Shown: positions 24,612-38,530 of the stretch, piece by piece
Layout of the letters: every line of letters begins with the position of its first letter
Position numbering within the stretch: position 1 is the first letter of the stretch
From: Pseudovirgaria hyperparasitica
Taxonomy: Eukaryota
NCBI GenBank assembly: GCA_010093815.1
Contig: ML996575.1
Reading direction: 5' to 3' (one strand)
Length of the DNA: 64,000 nt
The notes under the pieces: model-generated
Told to the model about the DNA's origin: nothing
The model's database searches: none
Seen by the model: the letters and a program-made list of their open reading frames with translations, nothing else
Position numbers and translations under genes: made by a program

Positions 24612-27515
24612 TTCTACACACGATACCTCTTCCTCATCCACACGATATACCTCTACCGTATCTGCGCGTTTTGTCACATAAGCTCACACCACGGCCGTCC
24701 TTCACCAACCACTTCCTTCACTTCTCGGACGCCCTCAACGTCATCTAAATTTAATACCGAACCTCCACCACCCATGACAACTCTGGTATCTAACATACGC
24801 ATCCATATTTTCCCAACGACGAAACTATTTCCTGCCGATCTGACAGCGTGGCCATTATCAGTAGGCGATACGACATCGACCACAACTCTGGTCCATCATC
24901 ATAGCAATTTCCTTGCACGAGAGAGTTAGCGAGGTAATTTGGGAACACAAGGGCAACGACTAAAACGTATGGCTGTCGGTGACTGGTCCTGTATCTATCT
25001 AGCACAGCGGCGCATGTGGACTGTTTACATTGAAAACGACGACGGATGCACCCTGGAAGGCCGGATGAAGCACTCTACACTTGCAGTCTTTTAACGACTC
25101 AAATGGACTGCTGTGATGTCTTGCGCTTTTGAAGAGACAATGAGCTTGAGTAATTACATGTTGTTATGTTGATCATGTGCCAATTGATACTTGCGTCCCG
25201 TGTTTTCGAAGGTGGCCATTTGTTGACAAGGTGCAGCGACTAAAATATTTATACATTGTCGTCTTGGTGTACAACCTATCGGTCTACGTATTCCAGCAAC
25301 GGAATCGACGAGAGGAAACGCAACAGCTGCACATGGCTTACGCCGACACAGCCACCCGCGCACACGAAGAGATGTGTGATGAGGCACACAATACGAGGTT
25401 ATATTATCTAGATGTGATATCGGTGCGCCTTTACTAGAAGAACTGATAGAGTCACTGATGTGTCTCTCTACTGATAGTTATTAGCAGTAATTATCCTGAC
25501 ATGTGGGAATAGCTGGGAAGTGAGCATGGAAAAGGCAGCTGAAGTTGGCGCACGCCCTGATGGATTTAGCGAGGGGCGTTAGCTGCCCTTGCTAATGCTG
25601 CTGGGGCCTTAGGGATCTGTAGCATATGGACTCCAAGTTCTAGGTCACTAGTCACTACTGCGTGGGGACTGGGACAGCGATCTGTCGGATAGCTTGCGCA
25701 GGCGATATGCAGAGCGGGATAATCAGTGGGATGATGGGATGCGGCTAGAAAGGAGTTGCATCATGTAGATGTGTATTCGTATTCGGTCACGGTTCCATGT
25801 TCTGTTCTAGAGGGTTTCTTGGTTCCGAGCACGGCGAAGAGGTTGTGAAGTTGTGACACACGAAGAGCCTCGGCATATCTAGCTGGCCGAGAACAGACGA
25901 ATTCGAACCTGGCGTCTGTCAGGTAGTGCCATCATGGCGGTTTGGTATTTGGCGTGCGTTGCTGTTGGACATGTCAGGATGAGGATCAGAAACGCATTTC
26001 ATCGGATGGGAAGGCTGACTGGATAAAGGGACGAATAGCACATATATCACTCTGTGCATAGCAATTATGCATATACAGGTGTGCGGTATGCAGGTACCTC
26101 AACTAATAATCGGATCTGGGAGATCTTCGTTCCATATTAATATATGTGTGAGAGCCAGATAATATCTCTGTATCGATTTTCGCTCTGTTTACTGTACCGG
26201 TAGGCTGCCGGCCAGCTTCCAGATCGCAACGGTCCAGCCTGCATGCACCCCAGGCTTCATATGAGTGGGATCCCGAGATCTCGTCACCAATCCCACCCAG
26301 AAGGTCATGGCTACCCCATTGAATGTCTAACTTTGGGAAAGACCACAGTGGATCGATATTTGGGAGTGAGGCGTCTATCTTTGTATCATTCCGCACGTCT
26401 CAATCACTCGAGTTGAGCTTCTCTGTTTGTATAATTACTGTTGAATGTACATCTTTCTGCTGCAAAGTCGCCCTCACGACAAGCAGAAGTACTGAACCGC
26501 ATCGGACAGAGATGGATGGGGTCATCATGGGTCGCTCGTCAGGTCTAACCCTAGAACGCACAGAGGCGCCACAATTCATACTTACGCAACCACTGGAGCC
26601 CACGAATGAAAAGGTTCGCTGGGCAGCAAGTCAGCCATTGTGTGCAGCTGAGCAGGGAACCTTTCAACATCGTCTCTTTCTCATCCCACGCCCTTGAGCA
26701 ACGGCGTGGGGCTAGCAGCATCACTCTATGAGTAAATCACACTCGTGAACACATCATCTGAATTATTATGTTGTTTGAGACATTTGACTGCATTGCCTAC
26801 TACCTCCGCTTCTCACAATCAAGCAACCTTCTACCGCACGAAGGTATCCCATAAATTGGCGCAGACAAAACCTCGCAACAGCTATGCATTCTCTATCACT
26901 TGTGTAGCTTGAAAACATCTGTAACGATAGAGATTTGAAGGAGGCGAGGCTCATCTTAGCGATAGTCCAGCGTGCGCCGCCGGGTCAGACAAGAGCCAGT
27001 GGGTAATTAACAGTCAGTCGTAGGCGGTCTTCACACAGTTCCACCGCGGATAGTATTGGGGGTGTTTTGATGCCTAAATTAGAGCTATTCCCGTCTACTG
27101 CTCCACCTGGAGCCCTGGAATCCTTTGCGCGCTCTCTAAAATCTACTGCTGCTCAGCTTTCACTCTGCCCGCTCTGCTACGTCAAGCGATTTTGCTTCCC
27201 TCTCACGATCGATTTGGGATTCTTCATAACATTTGACATTGGACGCAGGAGATTCTCCACCCTCGCAAGCCTCCGAAATCTCCTCAGCCCTGCCTCTCGC
27301 TTGTATGCGACGACCACGCAGACGTCCTGCACATCTTGGAACCCCGCGCTCTTAGAAGGGCTTGGGCGCAAAAAAAGTACCTTGCGCCTCCCTCCCCCCT
27401 CTATTGGCCAATATCCCACCTGCTTCTGTTCGAATCTCGTCCTCACCCCAACACTGGTGTCGACATCACCACTGGGCGTTCACAGACTCCTGCTCCCTCC
27501 AAACGCTTTCCTACT

Positions 27516-29728
27516 ATGAATGATCAGGAGGGTGCACAATGGTCTGCTTCTCATCAAGAGTTCGATTCCATGGCGCAACAAGTCCCGGATCACGACTTTG
27601 CCAATTTTCTCGACTTAGGCGATCTGGGCGACCTCGAGTTTAGTTTCGATAGCAATGGCGCTCCTATTCGCGAGCCTAGTCAGCAGCTCAATGAGCTTCC
27701 TGATGGTATGCATATGCTTCATATGGGTTCAGACGTGCACTCCACTCAGACACAGATAGCAAACGTGCACCAGCAACATGTACAGCAATTTCGCCCGGCG
27801 CAGCACTCGATTTCACAGCCAGACCCCTCTGACGGTATTTACGATATGAAGTACGGCTTAGGAATGAATTTATATACCAATTCACAGTCACAATTTGGAT
27901 ATCAAGCAGATCAACAGCGCTTTGTCTCACACTCAGCTATCCCGCCTACTCCCAACAGTCTAGAGATCCACGCAGGCGCGCGATACGTCCAGCAGTACCA
28001 GCCGCAGCAGCATGCACATCAACAGCATACGGATCCCCAAAAGCAGACTCCCTACCAACTCAGAAATGATGATGCTGTAAGTATTTGGCACGACATGGCA
28101 CCGTGTAATGTTGATTGGGAATATAGGCCTCACTTACCCCGCTTGTATCACCAGCTGTTACACCTCAAGAGGCCGCTTTTCGAGTGCAACAAGATTTTAC
28201 CGTACCAGGCGCATACTTCAGCCCTCTGACTTCGCCGGCGCTTGAGGCGCAGAGGAAACGACACCACGTTAACCAACACACACCTGGAACTTCTGCAAGC
28301 TCAGCTGCGACTTCACCTATAGATACAGACGTGGACATGTTGGATCATGTAACCCAGGACACTGCGAGACAAGTAAGATATAGCACAGGTAACAATAGAA
28401 GAAATGGGCCCCGCTCGGCGACTTCGGCGTCAAAAGTAAGGCAATCGCCGATTCAACGAGCGAGACGGAAATCGAAGCCGTCGTCAAATATAACACCGAA
28501 AGAGATAGTAATGTTGAAAGAAGCTGAGGCAGCACAAGCTGGGGATTTACGACGACAGCGAGCCTCTGGATACGGGCTAGATGTACCACATCCCAGCCAA
28601 GAAGCCTCAGACGCTTCCATCTCTCCAGAACCCCTGACGGAATCATTGATGGGTCCGCCCCCCAGACCTGCATCATTAACACAATCGCCAAACATTTTGG
28701 GTAACAACATGAGCGGGCACAATCATGGGGTAGCACCTGCTACACCTGCTTCGCTCATGCGCCTCCAGAACGCTCCCGAAGAAAACTCCCCAAACATACA
28801 ACCAAACGGCCGCTCCGCTCCGGGATGCCCCCCTATTCTCGAAGATCTGAATCTACCTGAAGCAGCTCAAAGGCCAGTCGTATTGCGCGATCCTTCTCAT
28901 AATGGTGCCTTGACTCCTCGAGCAATGGCTAGGAAAACCCCGAAGCTTGGCCCTCGTATGACCCCTTCTGCTGGCGCAGCACTTTCAGGTAGACCCAGCC
29001 CCTCGCTCTCTGCCATGGCCTCTCCAACCACACCCATTACACACAGCCCTGGGATGGGCCGAAAACTCGACGCAAAGGGCAGAACCAGCAAGAAACGGAA
29101 CAGTACGTCAAGTACACTCGTAAGCCCAGCATTACGACCCAAGATAAGTCCAAGTATCAAGCCTTTGCTTCCTGAAGGCTGTACGTACTGCACATCTGCC
29201 GCTATCTGTGTCACTGTGCTAATAACATTTCTAGCCCAGGGCATGACAGATGACCAGCATGCCCTCCTGTTGGCCTCAAAATCAAATTACCAGAATATCT
29301 TGGAAGGCACACACGTACCGGGAGTCAACTACCCTGAAGCTCTTTCAACCAACCTGACGTCGAAACGAACGTCTCACAAGATTGCCGAACAGGGTCGCCG
29401 TAACCGTATCAACACGGCCCTGCTAGAAATGCAATCACTCTTGCCCTCACCTGTCGTATCGAAGAACAACAGTAAATCGCCTGGAAACGACGCCAAGTCC
29501 ACCGAAGAGGAACTTGAGACTCCTGAGGCCAACAGCAAATCCAACAGTGGGAGTGCGGCTGCTCAGAGCAGCTCGAAAGCTGCAACTGTCGAGCAAGCTA
29601 TTGATTATATCCGAACGCTACAAAAGGAAAGGGCAGATGTAGACAAGGAACTGGAAGTATTAAGACAGAAAGTGAAATTGCTGGAAAGTGAGTCAAGGAC
29701 AGTGAGCGATGGTAGCCAAGGCGGTTGA
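27516..29728 (+). CDS. nuc-1: bHLH phosphate-acquisition regulator (NUC-1/PalcA/Pho4); introns 28077-28126 and about 29181-29234
   Basis: TPLVSPAVTP, PGAYFSPLTSPAL, LLLASKSNYQNILEG and basic region KRTSHKIAEQGRRNRIN..SKAATVEQAIDYI. Confidence 0.92.
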
Positions 29729-30653
29729 TCCGGCGATTCTTCTAGTGGGCTGCCGGGTCGGCGGACTTTCTGGTTCCTGCGGGAAGTATTGATTCCAGAA
29801 AGACTTAATCGGCTGGCACGAGCATAAAGGAGTTTACGCGTCCTAACATCTGTTTGTTAAACACAGTACACACGAGCGATGAGGTTGTCACACGAACGCT
29901 GCTTTCGTCGCATAAGATTTTTTATGGTAATATGGTATGTTTGAACCATTCATGTTGTTCAGGTAGAAGCATAGCAACTGTTGTAGCCTCGTAGACGGTA
30001 GAGTGTTGGAGCGCATGTTTTCTATTCGATAAAGGGGACTAGCGTCATATGTACCCACATTTGGGAGAGGATGTTTGAGCAGGGAGTGACTACAGCCAGA
30101 CAGACCTGTCAATCCGGCGACTTTGGTCAAAAAATTGATTTATCACACCCAATACTTAGCATTTGTAATGCTGTCCCACTTCCTGCACCCTGTGCCATGG
30201 GTTAGTGTATTGCAGATGCTATGCAAATCTGGAACCAGATTATATCCATGTGTTCCCTAATCTACTAATCTATCCGACTGTGGAAGAAAGGCATTCACCG
30301 GTTAAAGCATTCAAGTTGAAGGGTATAGCTCATCATGTGATGCTTCGAGACAAAGCTCTGTGTGCACGGATCGAAGACCGCAAAACCTCTTTGCTTGCTA
30401 CACAACTCGTTTGAGAAACGCACACGTCGTTATAGTATGCGCACACGGGCAAATAATAAAATGTGACTCGACTCTCGTTGCCTTAATTATAAATATAAAA
30501 TGGGAGAATAGAAGTAGCAGACACGTGAAGCAGGAGTATCGCGCTAGTCCTGATACAGGCTCCCACACACCCACCTTGACGAAATTACTCTACACCATAG
30601 ATCATCACCGCCACGACTGCGACACCTTACCTCCAACACCACATACAGGCAAG

Positions 30654-33600
30654 ATGCCACCACCACCTCACAGCAAGCCTGAAAATGTGCTTAAGCGTGC
30701 ACAGGAGCTGGTCGGGGTCGGCCAGGCCCAGGCAGCACTGTCGCTTCTTCACGAGCATGTCGTCTCCAAGAGGACGCGCAACAGTCCAATCGCCTCGCTT
30801 GAGCCCGTTATGAAGCTTTTCGTCGAACTTTGCGTCGACCTCCGGAAAGGCAAACTTGCCAAAGATGGCCTATATCAGTACAAGAACACTGCTCAAAATA
30901 CGAATGTTGGAACAATCGAGGTGAGTCTGCGACCCCGCAATACACACCGCACATCTAATTGTCCATATAGACGGTGTTCAAACACTTCATCTCTCTCGCC
31001 GAAGACAAAGTCACAGAGGCTCAAACAAAGTCCGATGAAGTACAGTCTACCGCGACTACGTCAAACGTCGATGACCTCGAAGCTTCCGAGACGCCTGAAT
31101 CCATCCTTCTGTCCACCGTGTCTGGCGAACAATCAAAAGATCGTACAGATCGCGCTATAGTCACGCCATGGCTTAAGTTTCTGTGGGAAACCTACAGAAC
31201 GGTATTAGACATCTTCAAGAATAATGCTCGCCTGGAGATCATGTATCAGACAACAGCCCACCAAGCCTTCCAGTTCTGCTCGAAATATGCACGCAAGACG
31301 GAATTCAGACGTTTGTGTGAACTTTTACGGAATCATCTCCAAAATGCTGCCAAATTCTCGTCTCAGACGCACGCCATCAATCTCAGCGACCCAGACACTC
31401 TCCAACGCCACCTAGACACAAGATTCCAACAGCTCAATGTAGCTGTGGAGCTAGAGTTGTGGCAAGAGGCTTTCCGCAGTATTGAGGATATCTACACTCT
31501 CGTCAGTCTTAGCAAGCGGCCGCCAAAGAATATCATGATGGCGAACTACTACCAAAACCTGACCAGAATCTTCCTCAAGAGCGAGAACTATTTGTTTCAT
31601 GCTGCAGCTTGGAGCCGTTACTATAACCTTATGCGCCAATCAGCAAACGCTGTTGCTCTAGGACAAAGCCCCAAGAAGGACAATCCAGCTGTCACTGAGG
31701 CTGATATGACCAAGGCTGCTTCCTTTGTCTTACTTTCCGCCCTTTCAATCCCCGTCATCAGCACTTCGAGGTCCCGTGGCGCGCTTGTTGATGTAGATGA
31801 GGCTAAAAAGAACAAGAACGTTCGACTGACAAATCTTCTGGGAATGAGCACCGCTCCAACCCGTTCAATCCTGTTCAAAGACGCTCTATCCAAGGGCTTA
31901 CTGAAGCGTGCTAGGCCTGAGATCCGTGAGCTGTACAATATTCTCGAGGTTGACTTCCACCCGCTATCGATCTGCAAGAGGATATCTCCCATTCTTACCC
32001 AGATTGGTGAGGATTGCGAGATGGAGAAATACGTCCTGCCTCTTCAACAGGTTATACTCACTCGGTTATTCCAACAATTGTCCCAAGTATACGACTCGGT
32101 AGAGATTGACTTTGTCCTCGGTCTCGCTCAGTTTCCCGAGCCATTTCAGGTTACGAAGAGTACCATTGAGAAGTTCATCATGAATGGTTGCAAGAAGGGT
32201 GACCTTGCCATTCGTGTCGACCACGCCGCTGGTGTCCTAACCTTCGACTCCGACGTCTTCTCCTCTGCTAAAGCCCTTCACCCCGGTTCAGGCTCTGGAT
32301 CTGCTGATGCAGATGTAGGCTCTGTTCAACGCCTACAAAGCACACCCGCCGAAATTGTGCGCTCCCAGCTCACACGACTTGCTAAAGCACTTTATACAAC
32401 CTGTCAATACGTCGATCCTTCGTTCAATGCCGCTAGACACGCTGCCAAAGAACGAGCACTGACTCGAGCCAAGGCCGGTGCTGACCCTGAGCGGGAGGCC
32501 ACATTAGCGAGGAGAGCAATAATTGAGAAGAAAAAGCAGGCTGCTTCAAGCGCACAAGCTAAGAAAGAACAAGAGGAGCAGAAGAAGAAAGCAATTCGCC
32601 AACAACAAGCTATGGAAGAGGAGCAACGACGTCTGAGGGAAGAGCAAAAGGACCGAGAGACTAAGCGTCTTCAGGCCGAGCAACAGAGGATACAGCGTGA
32701 AGAGATCGAGAAGCAGATCAGTGAGCTCAAAAAGGATAGCAAGATCGCTATCGATCTTCCAGAGGATATCTCGACTCTCGACAGCGCACGAATTCGTGCA
32801 CTGAAGCTTCAAGCTTTAGAGAAGGAGAAGAACCAATTGGGTGATCAACTCCGCATTTCTGGCAAGAGGATCGATCATCTCGAACGAGCCTATCGACGAG
32901 AGGAAATCAAACACTTGACCAAGGACTACGAAGCGCAAATGGCTGCCGACAGGCAAGCCTACGATGAAGCGACAGAGCTTGAGCTGAAGGAGTCCAAGGA
33001 GAAGCACACAGAATCTGTTGAACTCAAACATCGTCTCGAGCGTCTGGTGCCGCAGTACAAGGACTTCATCACCACTGTTCGCGAACAACGCAGAGCTCAA
33101 TTTGACAAACAAAAGAAGGCAGCCGAGAAGGAACTCCAGCAGAAGATTCAGCAGCGTGTCAAAGAGGTTCGCGAGCGACAGGCGCGTGAGAAGCGTGAGG
33201 CTGAAGAGGCCGCTCAACACGAGCGCGAAGAGCAAGAAAGGTTAGAGAAGGAGGCTGAACGGAAGGTTCGCGAAGAAGAGGCAAAGCGTGAAGAGATGGC
33301 CGAAAGGAAACGTCTACGAGATATTGAGAACAAGTAAGTCTTTACTCCACCCCTCCTTTTCCCCGGCAGCAATCTCTACAACGTGCTAACGATCTTACAG
33401 GAGACTCGACGAGATCGCCGCCAAGCAACGTCAGCGAGAAGAAGAGGCAGAGGCCCGCCGAAAAGCTGGTGGTGCTCGTGCTCCACAACCTCCTACACGC
33501 TCATTTGAACGACCTACTGAGCCAACCACTGCTACTGCCAGCGGCCCACCACGTATCTTTGGAGACAAGCCTTCGTGGCGTGACCGCCAAGCTGCCAAAG

Positions 33601-34022
33601 AAGCCGCTGCTGCTGCTGGTGGAGCTACCGCTACACCACCTGCTCGCTCTGAATCCCCAGCTGTTGCAGGTACGGAAGAACCTCCCAAACGTACCGGCTA
33701 CGTTCCTCCTGCCCTCAGAGCTGCCGGAGGTGCTGCGCCGGGTGGTGGATGGAGGCCTCGTGAAGGTAGTGGCAGAGGACCCGCAAGAGATAGCTCACAT
33801 GGCCGGACTGAAAGTCCTGCAGCTGGCAGCGGCAGATGGCAAACCCGCGGCCGTGGTGACGGTCCCTCGAGGGAAGGTCCACGCGAGTCCAGAGCGCCTC
33901 GGGACGATTCTCGGGACGTGCCCCTCCGAGAGGAGCGGCCGCCGCCAGCGGATCCAGCCTCTGCAGGTGGGAAGTATAGGCCAGGCATGTTTGGATCGAT
34001 GAAGACGCAGCCACAACAGTAG
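30654..34022 (+). CDS. TIF32: Translation initiation factor eIF3 subunit a; introns 30921-30970 and 33334-33400
   Basis: [58 protein letters not shown] domain, coiled coil and RG/P-rich tail. Confidence 0.97.
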
Positions 34023-35290
34023 AGTGCTTGTTACGGTGAAGAGAAAATTGCTTGAATGCCGATTAGACACGATGCCACTTACCTCGGGATATTATAGTCA
34101 CAGCAAATATGTTGAAGGGAAGCATGCGTGCGGTGCTTCTTGCTCCCAGCAGACTGGACTGAGAAGCATTGCTTTGTGTATATTTAAGCTTGTTTCTTTG
34201 ATATTCCCTCACCCCACTACCCTTTTCTAGATCTGATTCTTTTCGTAGTGGCCTTTTCAAGGTTGGGGCATATGCTATCTGCATTCATTCTTTACTCCCG
34301 AGCACGTAATTTTCATTGCTGGCACTGTATACACGGTGATCATGCTCACTCATACTGATCTCAATTCTTCCCGTTCACAAATTTGAACATTCGCTAGCGG
34401 CTTTTTCAAAGCCGAAGAGCGAAAGGTCAACTTCTCGCAGTGCAAAAATATGTGTGTACTTTCTCCGTCCACATCTCCACCTTATATAGATAGCGACACA
34501 GATTATGATTGGTTCCGCTGATGGCTATATGGATATTCTCATTGTACATAGTACGTCTTTTCCCGTGTCCACACTATGATGTGACATCACCATCATCTGT
34601 ACCGAACATAAATGGGATATTTCGTCCTTACACGTTCTTCGTCTACACTCACTCCTGCATCCTTGACGAATTTCCCAGTGGTCGGGTGAGTACAATGCCC
34701 ATCCACGGCCGATATTTACTAACATTTCGTCTACACCTGTACTTGTACTTGTGCTCGTAGATCGAGCTATGGTCTGTAAAGTAGAACGTTCTCGCGTAGC
34801 CTCATCCGTTGTCGCCTCCTTCTATTTACCATTGCCCGTTACACGTTGATCGGCTTAGTTCAACCTTGACGATCTCTCAACGCCAAGCTTAACTGCATGC
34901 TTGTAGTTTCACACTTGCGTCTTCCAGTTTCTCCTACTCACTTCCGTCGCTTTAGGATCAGAATGGACATCCCCTAATTGGTAATCTCGCTAAAATATAG
35001 TGTTCTGTTGGATACCTAACTTGCTCGCATTCCTATTGGTGAAGGAGCAGGTTTAGAAGCCTGACAAGGCCGAATTATCTGCCTCAGGCCGTTCGCACAT
35101 TCTCACAGCACCTGAGCACAGTGTAACAGGTAGCACTCTTGATCCTTCGCCCAAAAAAGCCAGCCTTGACATGCGGCCTCGAGAAGACTGCTTCTCGGCT
35201 TCATCGCGTTAGCGATTACCTGAAGTGAAGTCTATAGAACAGGCCACCAACGCGAATCTTCCATAAGCCTCGTCCACATCTACCTCAGCA

Positions 35291-36106
35291 ATGGCAGAGG
35301 AGCTGCCTACAGCCACACCGAAGCTCTCGCATACCCCTGTCGCCTTTATCTCTGGCCCTCTCGAAGTCACCTGGGAATACTTTAACACTTACTACAAAGA
35401 TCGAATCGACAATGCTTTTAACCAGGGTCACTCCTTCGTCGTTGGACCTGTAGATGGCATCGACAAGCTGGCACTCGTGTATATCGTGGACAAGCTTAAC
35501 AATACCCCAAGAGAGGAGGATACTCCGGTGGATAGAAGCAGGGTTGACGTCTTCATGGGCGAGTTTGAACTAGGTCGTCGGCATGAGGTTGAGGACATAC
35601 TTGGCAAAAGGGTGACTGTCGCCACCGAGCGCGTTGGCGAGATGGTGAAGAGGGAGCCTTCGTGGGCGCGAGATGCAGCGATGACTGTAGCTAGTAGTTA
35701 CGATATAGTACGCTGGCGAACGGAGGACGAACAAAAGCTGGCGTATGAATTTTGGAGACCAAGGATCAGTAACACGGAACATAATGTGCGACGTCGAGCC
35801 CACTACATGGCTTTGAAAAGCTACGATGAAACGCAGCAAACATATATTAGGCACATTGACCCAACCTCCTGTATCAAACCAACCTTGCCAAAAAAATCGG
35901 CACTAGCACGATTCATTGCAGCCTTCTTCAAGGGCACGACGGGACAGCCCAACGACTTGACCAGCCACAGGAAACCTGTCGAACAAGACAGTTCACACAA
36001 TGGCTACGAGACGTGCAACGGCCAATGTGATGGCCATCGGGACGAGAAAGCACCTGACACATTTAACAAGCCATTTGGCTTTGGGAGCGATGGTCGTTAT
36101 GTCTGA
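35291..36106 (+). CDS. Hypothetical protein with SLOG-like (DprA/YspA/LOG) motif pattern
   Basis: Intronless 271 aa with AFISGP, FVVGPVDGIDKLA, ARDAAMTVASSYDI and SNTEHNVRRR. Fold call is inference. Confidence 0.65.
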   Translation: MAEELPTATPKLSHTPVAFISGPLEVTWEYFNTYYKDRIDNAFNQGHSFVVGPVDGIDKLALVYIVDKLNNTPREEDTPVDRSRVDVFMGEFELGRRHEVEDILGKRVTVATERVGEMVKREPSWARDAAMTVASSYDIVRWRTEDEQKLAYEFWRPRISNTEHNVRRRAHYMALKSYDETQQTYIRHIDPTSCIKPTLPKKSALARFIAAFFKGTTGQPNDLTSHRKPVEQDSSHNGYETCNGQCDGHRDEKAPDTFNKPFGFGSDGRYV

Positions 36107-37454
36107 CAGCCATTCAAATGAGATCTCCCTTGTTACCTCCTCTCTAGTCCCCTCACATAACACTGATAAGCCCTACTGCCTTCTCACTGCCGTCTATTTA
36201 CAACCATATACACTGCCAGAATAGCGTGAATGCTCCCCCTATCCCTAGAGACCGGTCCCCCAGTTGTCAACGGACTATGTTACTCCTCGATGTTTTGTGC
36301 CTGTCCCTCCAATCTGCTACAGTTTCTTGGTCATCAATAGCTCGATCATAACCATATGGGCCTTAATCGGAATACTTACTTTAAGGGCTTCTTTGTAGAT
36401 CGATGTGGCGTCCGAGCCTCGAAAGGCTGATATTGATTGGGTTGCAATCTGAATCCAGCGTGGCTCATCTTTCGGCTGGCTCTAGACTATGATCCTCAGG
36501 CGGCAGGTTCGAAGATAAGCAACGGAATACCCTCCCCGCACTTTTCTCAACTTATCCATTGAATTTATCAAGTCAATTAGCATATTTTGAACGCGTCTAT
36601 CAATAGATCGTACCCTATTACCCGTATATATCATTATATCGAGTCGTGAAATAGCTATAGAATAGGTATCAGTTGGACCTAGAGGAAGGCCCTTCATGAT
36701 CAGTGATAGGGACTCACGTAGTCCTAATATAGAAAAAATGTCGCTCAGGTTGCAGGTAAAGGGTGGATCTATTTTTAGTCACCACCCTACAATGAATGTC
36801 AAAATAGGCTAGATGAGGGATATTCAACAACAGCAATAGCCATGTTAAGTGAATGAGAGGCAATTAACCGTTTCGCTAGTACTTTCGCTTAGTTACCTTA
36901 TATCCTCTCGTAGAACCGGACAATATAAACGTTTCTATTTTTATTCACATGTTCTTACCTACCGCTAGATTACCTCTCTACCTCTACATAGGTGTCTATA
37001 TATCATTATATCTATATATACTTATAGAGTATCATAACACCGTTAACACTATATACTATTAAGCTCTAAACTCTTTGGTTTAGTCGATAATAAGATAGTT
37101 AAATCCTTAAGAAGAGGAAGGGTAGAGAGGTAGAAGCGTGCTTCTAAATGCGAAAGCCGTATTTACACGGGCTATCTTCTAAAAATTCTTAGAAGTTCCT
37201 CGCTATTCTTCTAAAGAGACTTTATAAAGAAATTAAATGGAGATAGATACGTACAGGTGCTAGTAGTGTTAAGTTCTAGGAAACGGATAGATAAAAGCAT
37301 AGGTGTCCATGGATGCTTCGAAGTCTAAGCTTTGTAAAAGAAATAATTAAGAGATATATCTTAAATATAGATAGATTTATAATATAAAAGGTACGACTAC
37401 TACGTACTCTATATCTCTATTAATATTGACTTTAGATACTCTATAGCGCTTAAA

Positions 37455-38530
37455 ATGGTTTCGTTATATTCGTTAATTCTATTTACTTCTCTATTATTTT
37501 TACCTTTATAGGCTAAGGTAGAATATTATATTAAGTCCTTATGTTACGAAAAGCCATATATGGTAGAGGCTATCCACGAGGCAATATATATAGTACGGCG
37601 AGCTTACTTACGTATACTCTTCTAGGATACCGATATTAAGCGTATCGTATAGTATCTTTTCCGTGTGTACAAAGAGCTAGAGAATTACGGAAAATTTTTA
37701 GTAGTTATGTTTAGCATCGGGTCCGCCCTAGAAGTCACGGACCTAGCACGGGCTAACACGCGTATTTTCTACGACAACGATCGCCGCTAGTACTCGGTTC
37801 TTAACGGTAAGACATAAGAACGACTATAGTATAATACGTCGCCCGGGTACTCGTTCGTGCACCGGAAAGTCCGTGTGCCTATATTCTATTATAAAAGCAT
37901 CCCCCTAGCATGTAGAATCGACCTAAGGGATAACCCTAACGTTCTAGAGATATATAGCGCCATATACCGGTCCGAGATTCCCGGTATCGATTTAGAATCT
38001 ATAACTATCTACGATGGAATTAGTAATAGAAAATACATAACGATGGCCCAAAGAAGTAAAGAATATTAGCTACCCATACTACTAGCACTAGATGAGAAAT
38101 TCGTGACGGAAGACGAGTAGCTAGTGTATTCACTTCCTAGTATAACGATACTACGTGAGTTTACGCATCTAAGAGAGTTCAAAAGTAAGTTCGAGAAATA
38201 TAAAACAGTAAATCTAGTGTTAATTAATCTATATTAGAGCTTAATATAAAGCCTAATCTATATTACTAGAGTTATATCTTAGAGAAGTCTTAGAAGGACA
38301 TGCTTAAGAACGCGGACAACTATGGTAAGCTCTAGATAATATACTTATTTTATTATTTATATATATATACACATTGCTAATGTATTATTATAGCGTACCT
38401 TAGTATGCTTACACTCTTAGAAGATTACGATATAACACTTAATGATAACCCGGGGTAAGCTAGAATAGGAAATCTAGTTCAAAGTAGCTATTTTCCCCCG
38501 ATAAATCGGGGGTCTACCACGAGTAGCTAA
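37455..38530 (+). pseudogene. RIP-inactivated paralog of the secreted HEXXH protein at 20007-21061
   Basis: MVSL..FTSL..P..A.V.Y....C.EKP.M.EAI.EAI..RR, IGSA, ANT.I.(C)D.D.R(W), SIT.LREFTH and MLKNADNY|AYL. Both intron positions are shared with the intact gene. Several TAG/TAA stops. Confidence 0.88.

Noticed and set aside
24650..27060. Short ORFs between G-gamma and nuc-1
   Set aside because: No recognisable motifs or consistent splice structure. Treated as UTR/promoter.
30522..30527. CACGTG Pho4-type box upstream of eIF3a
   Set aside because: A single hexamer is expected by chance, with no clustering.
33431..34070. Multiple overlapping ORFs
   Set aside because: Alternative frames of the GC-rich last exon of eIF3a.
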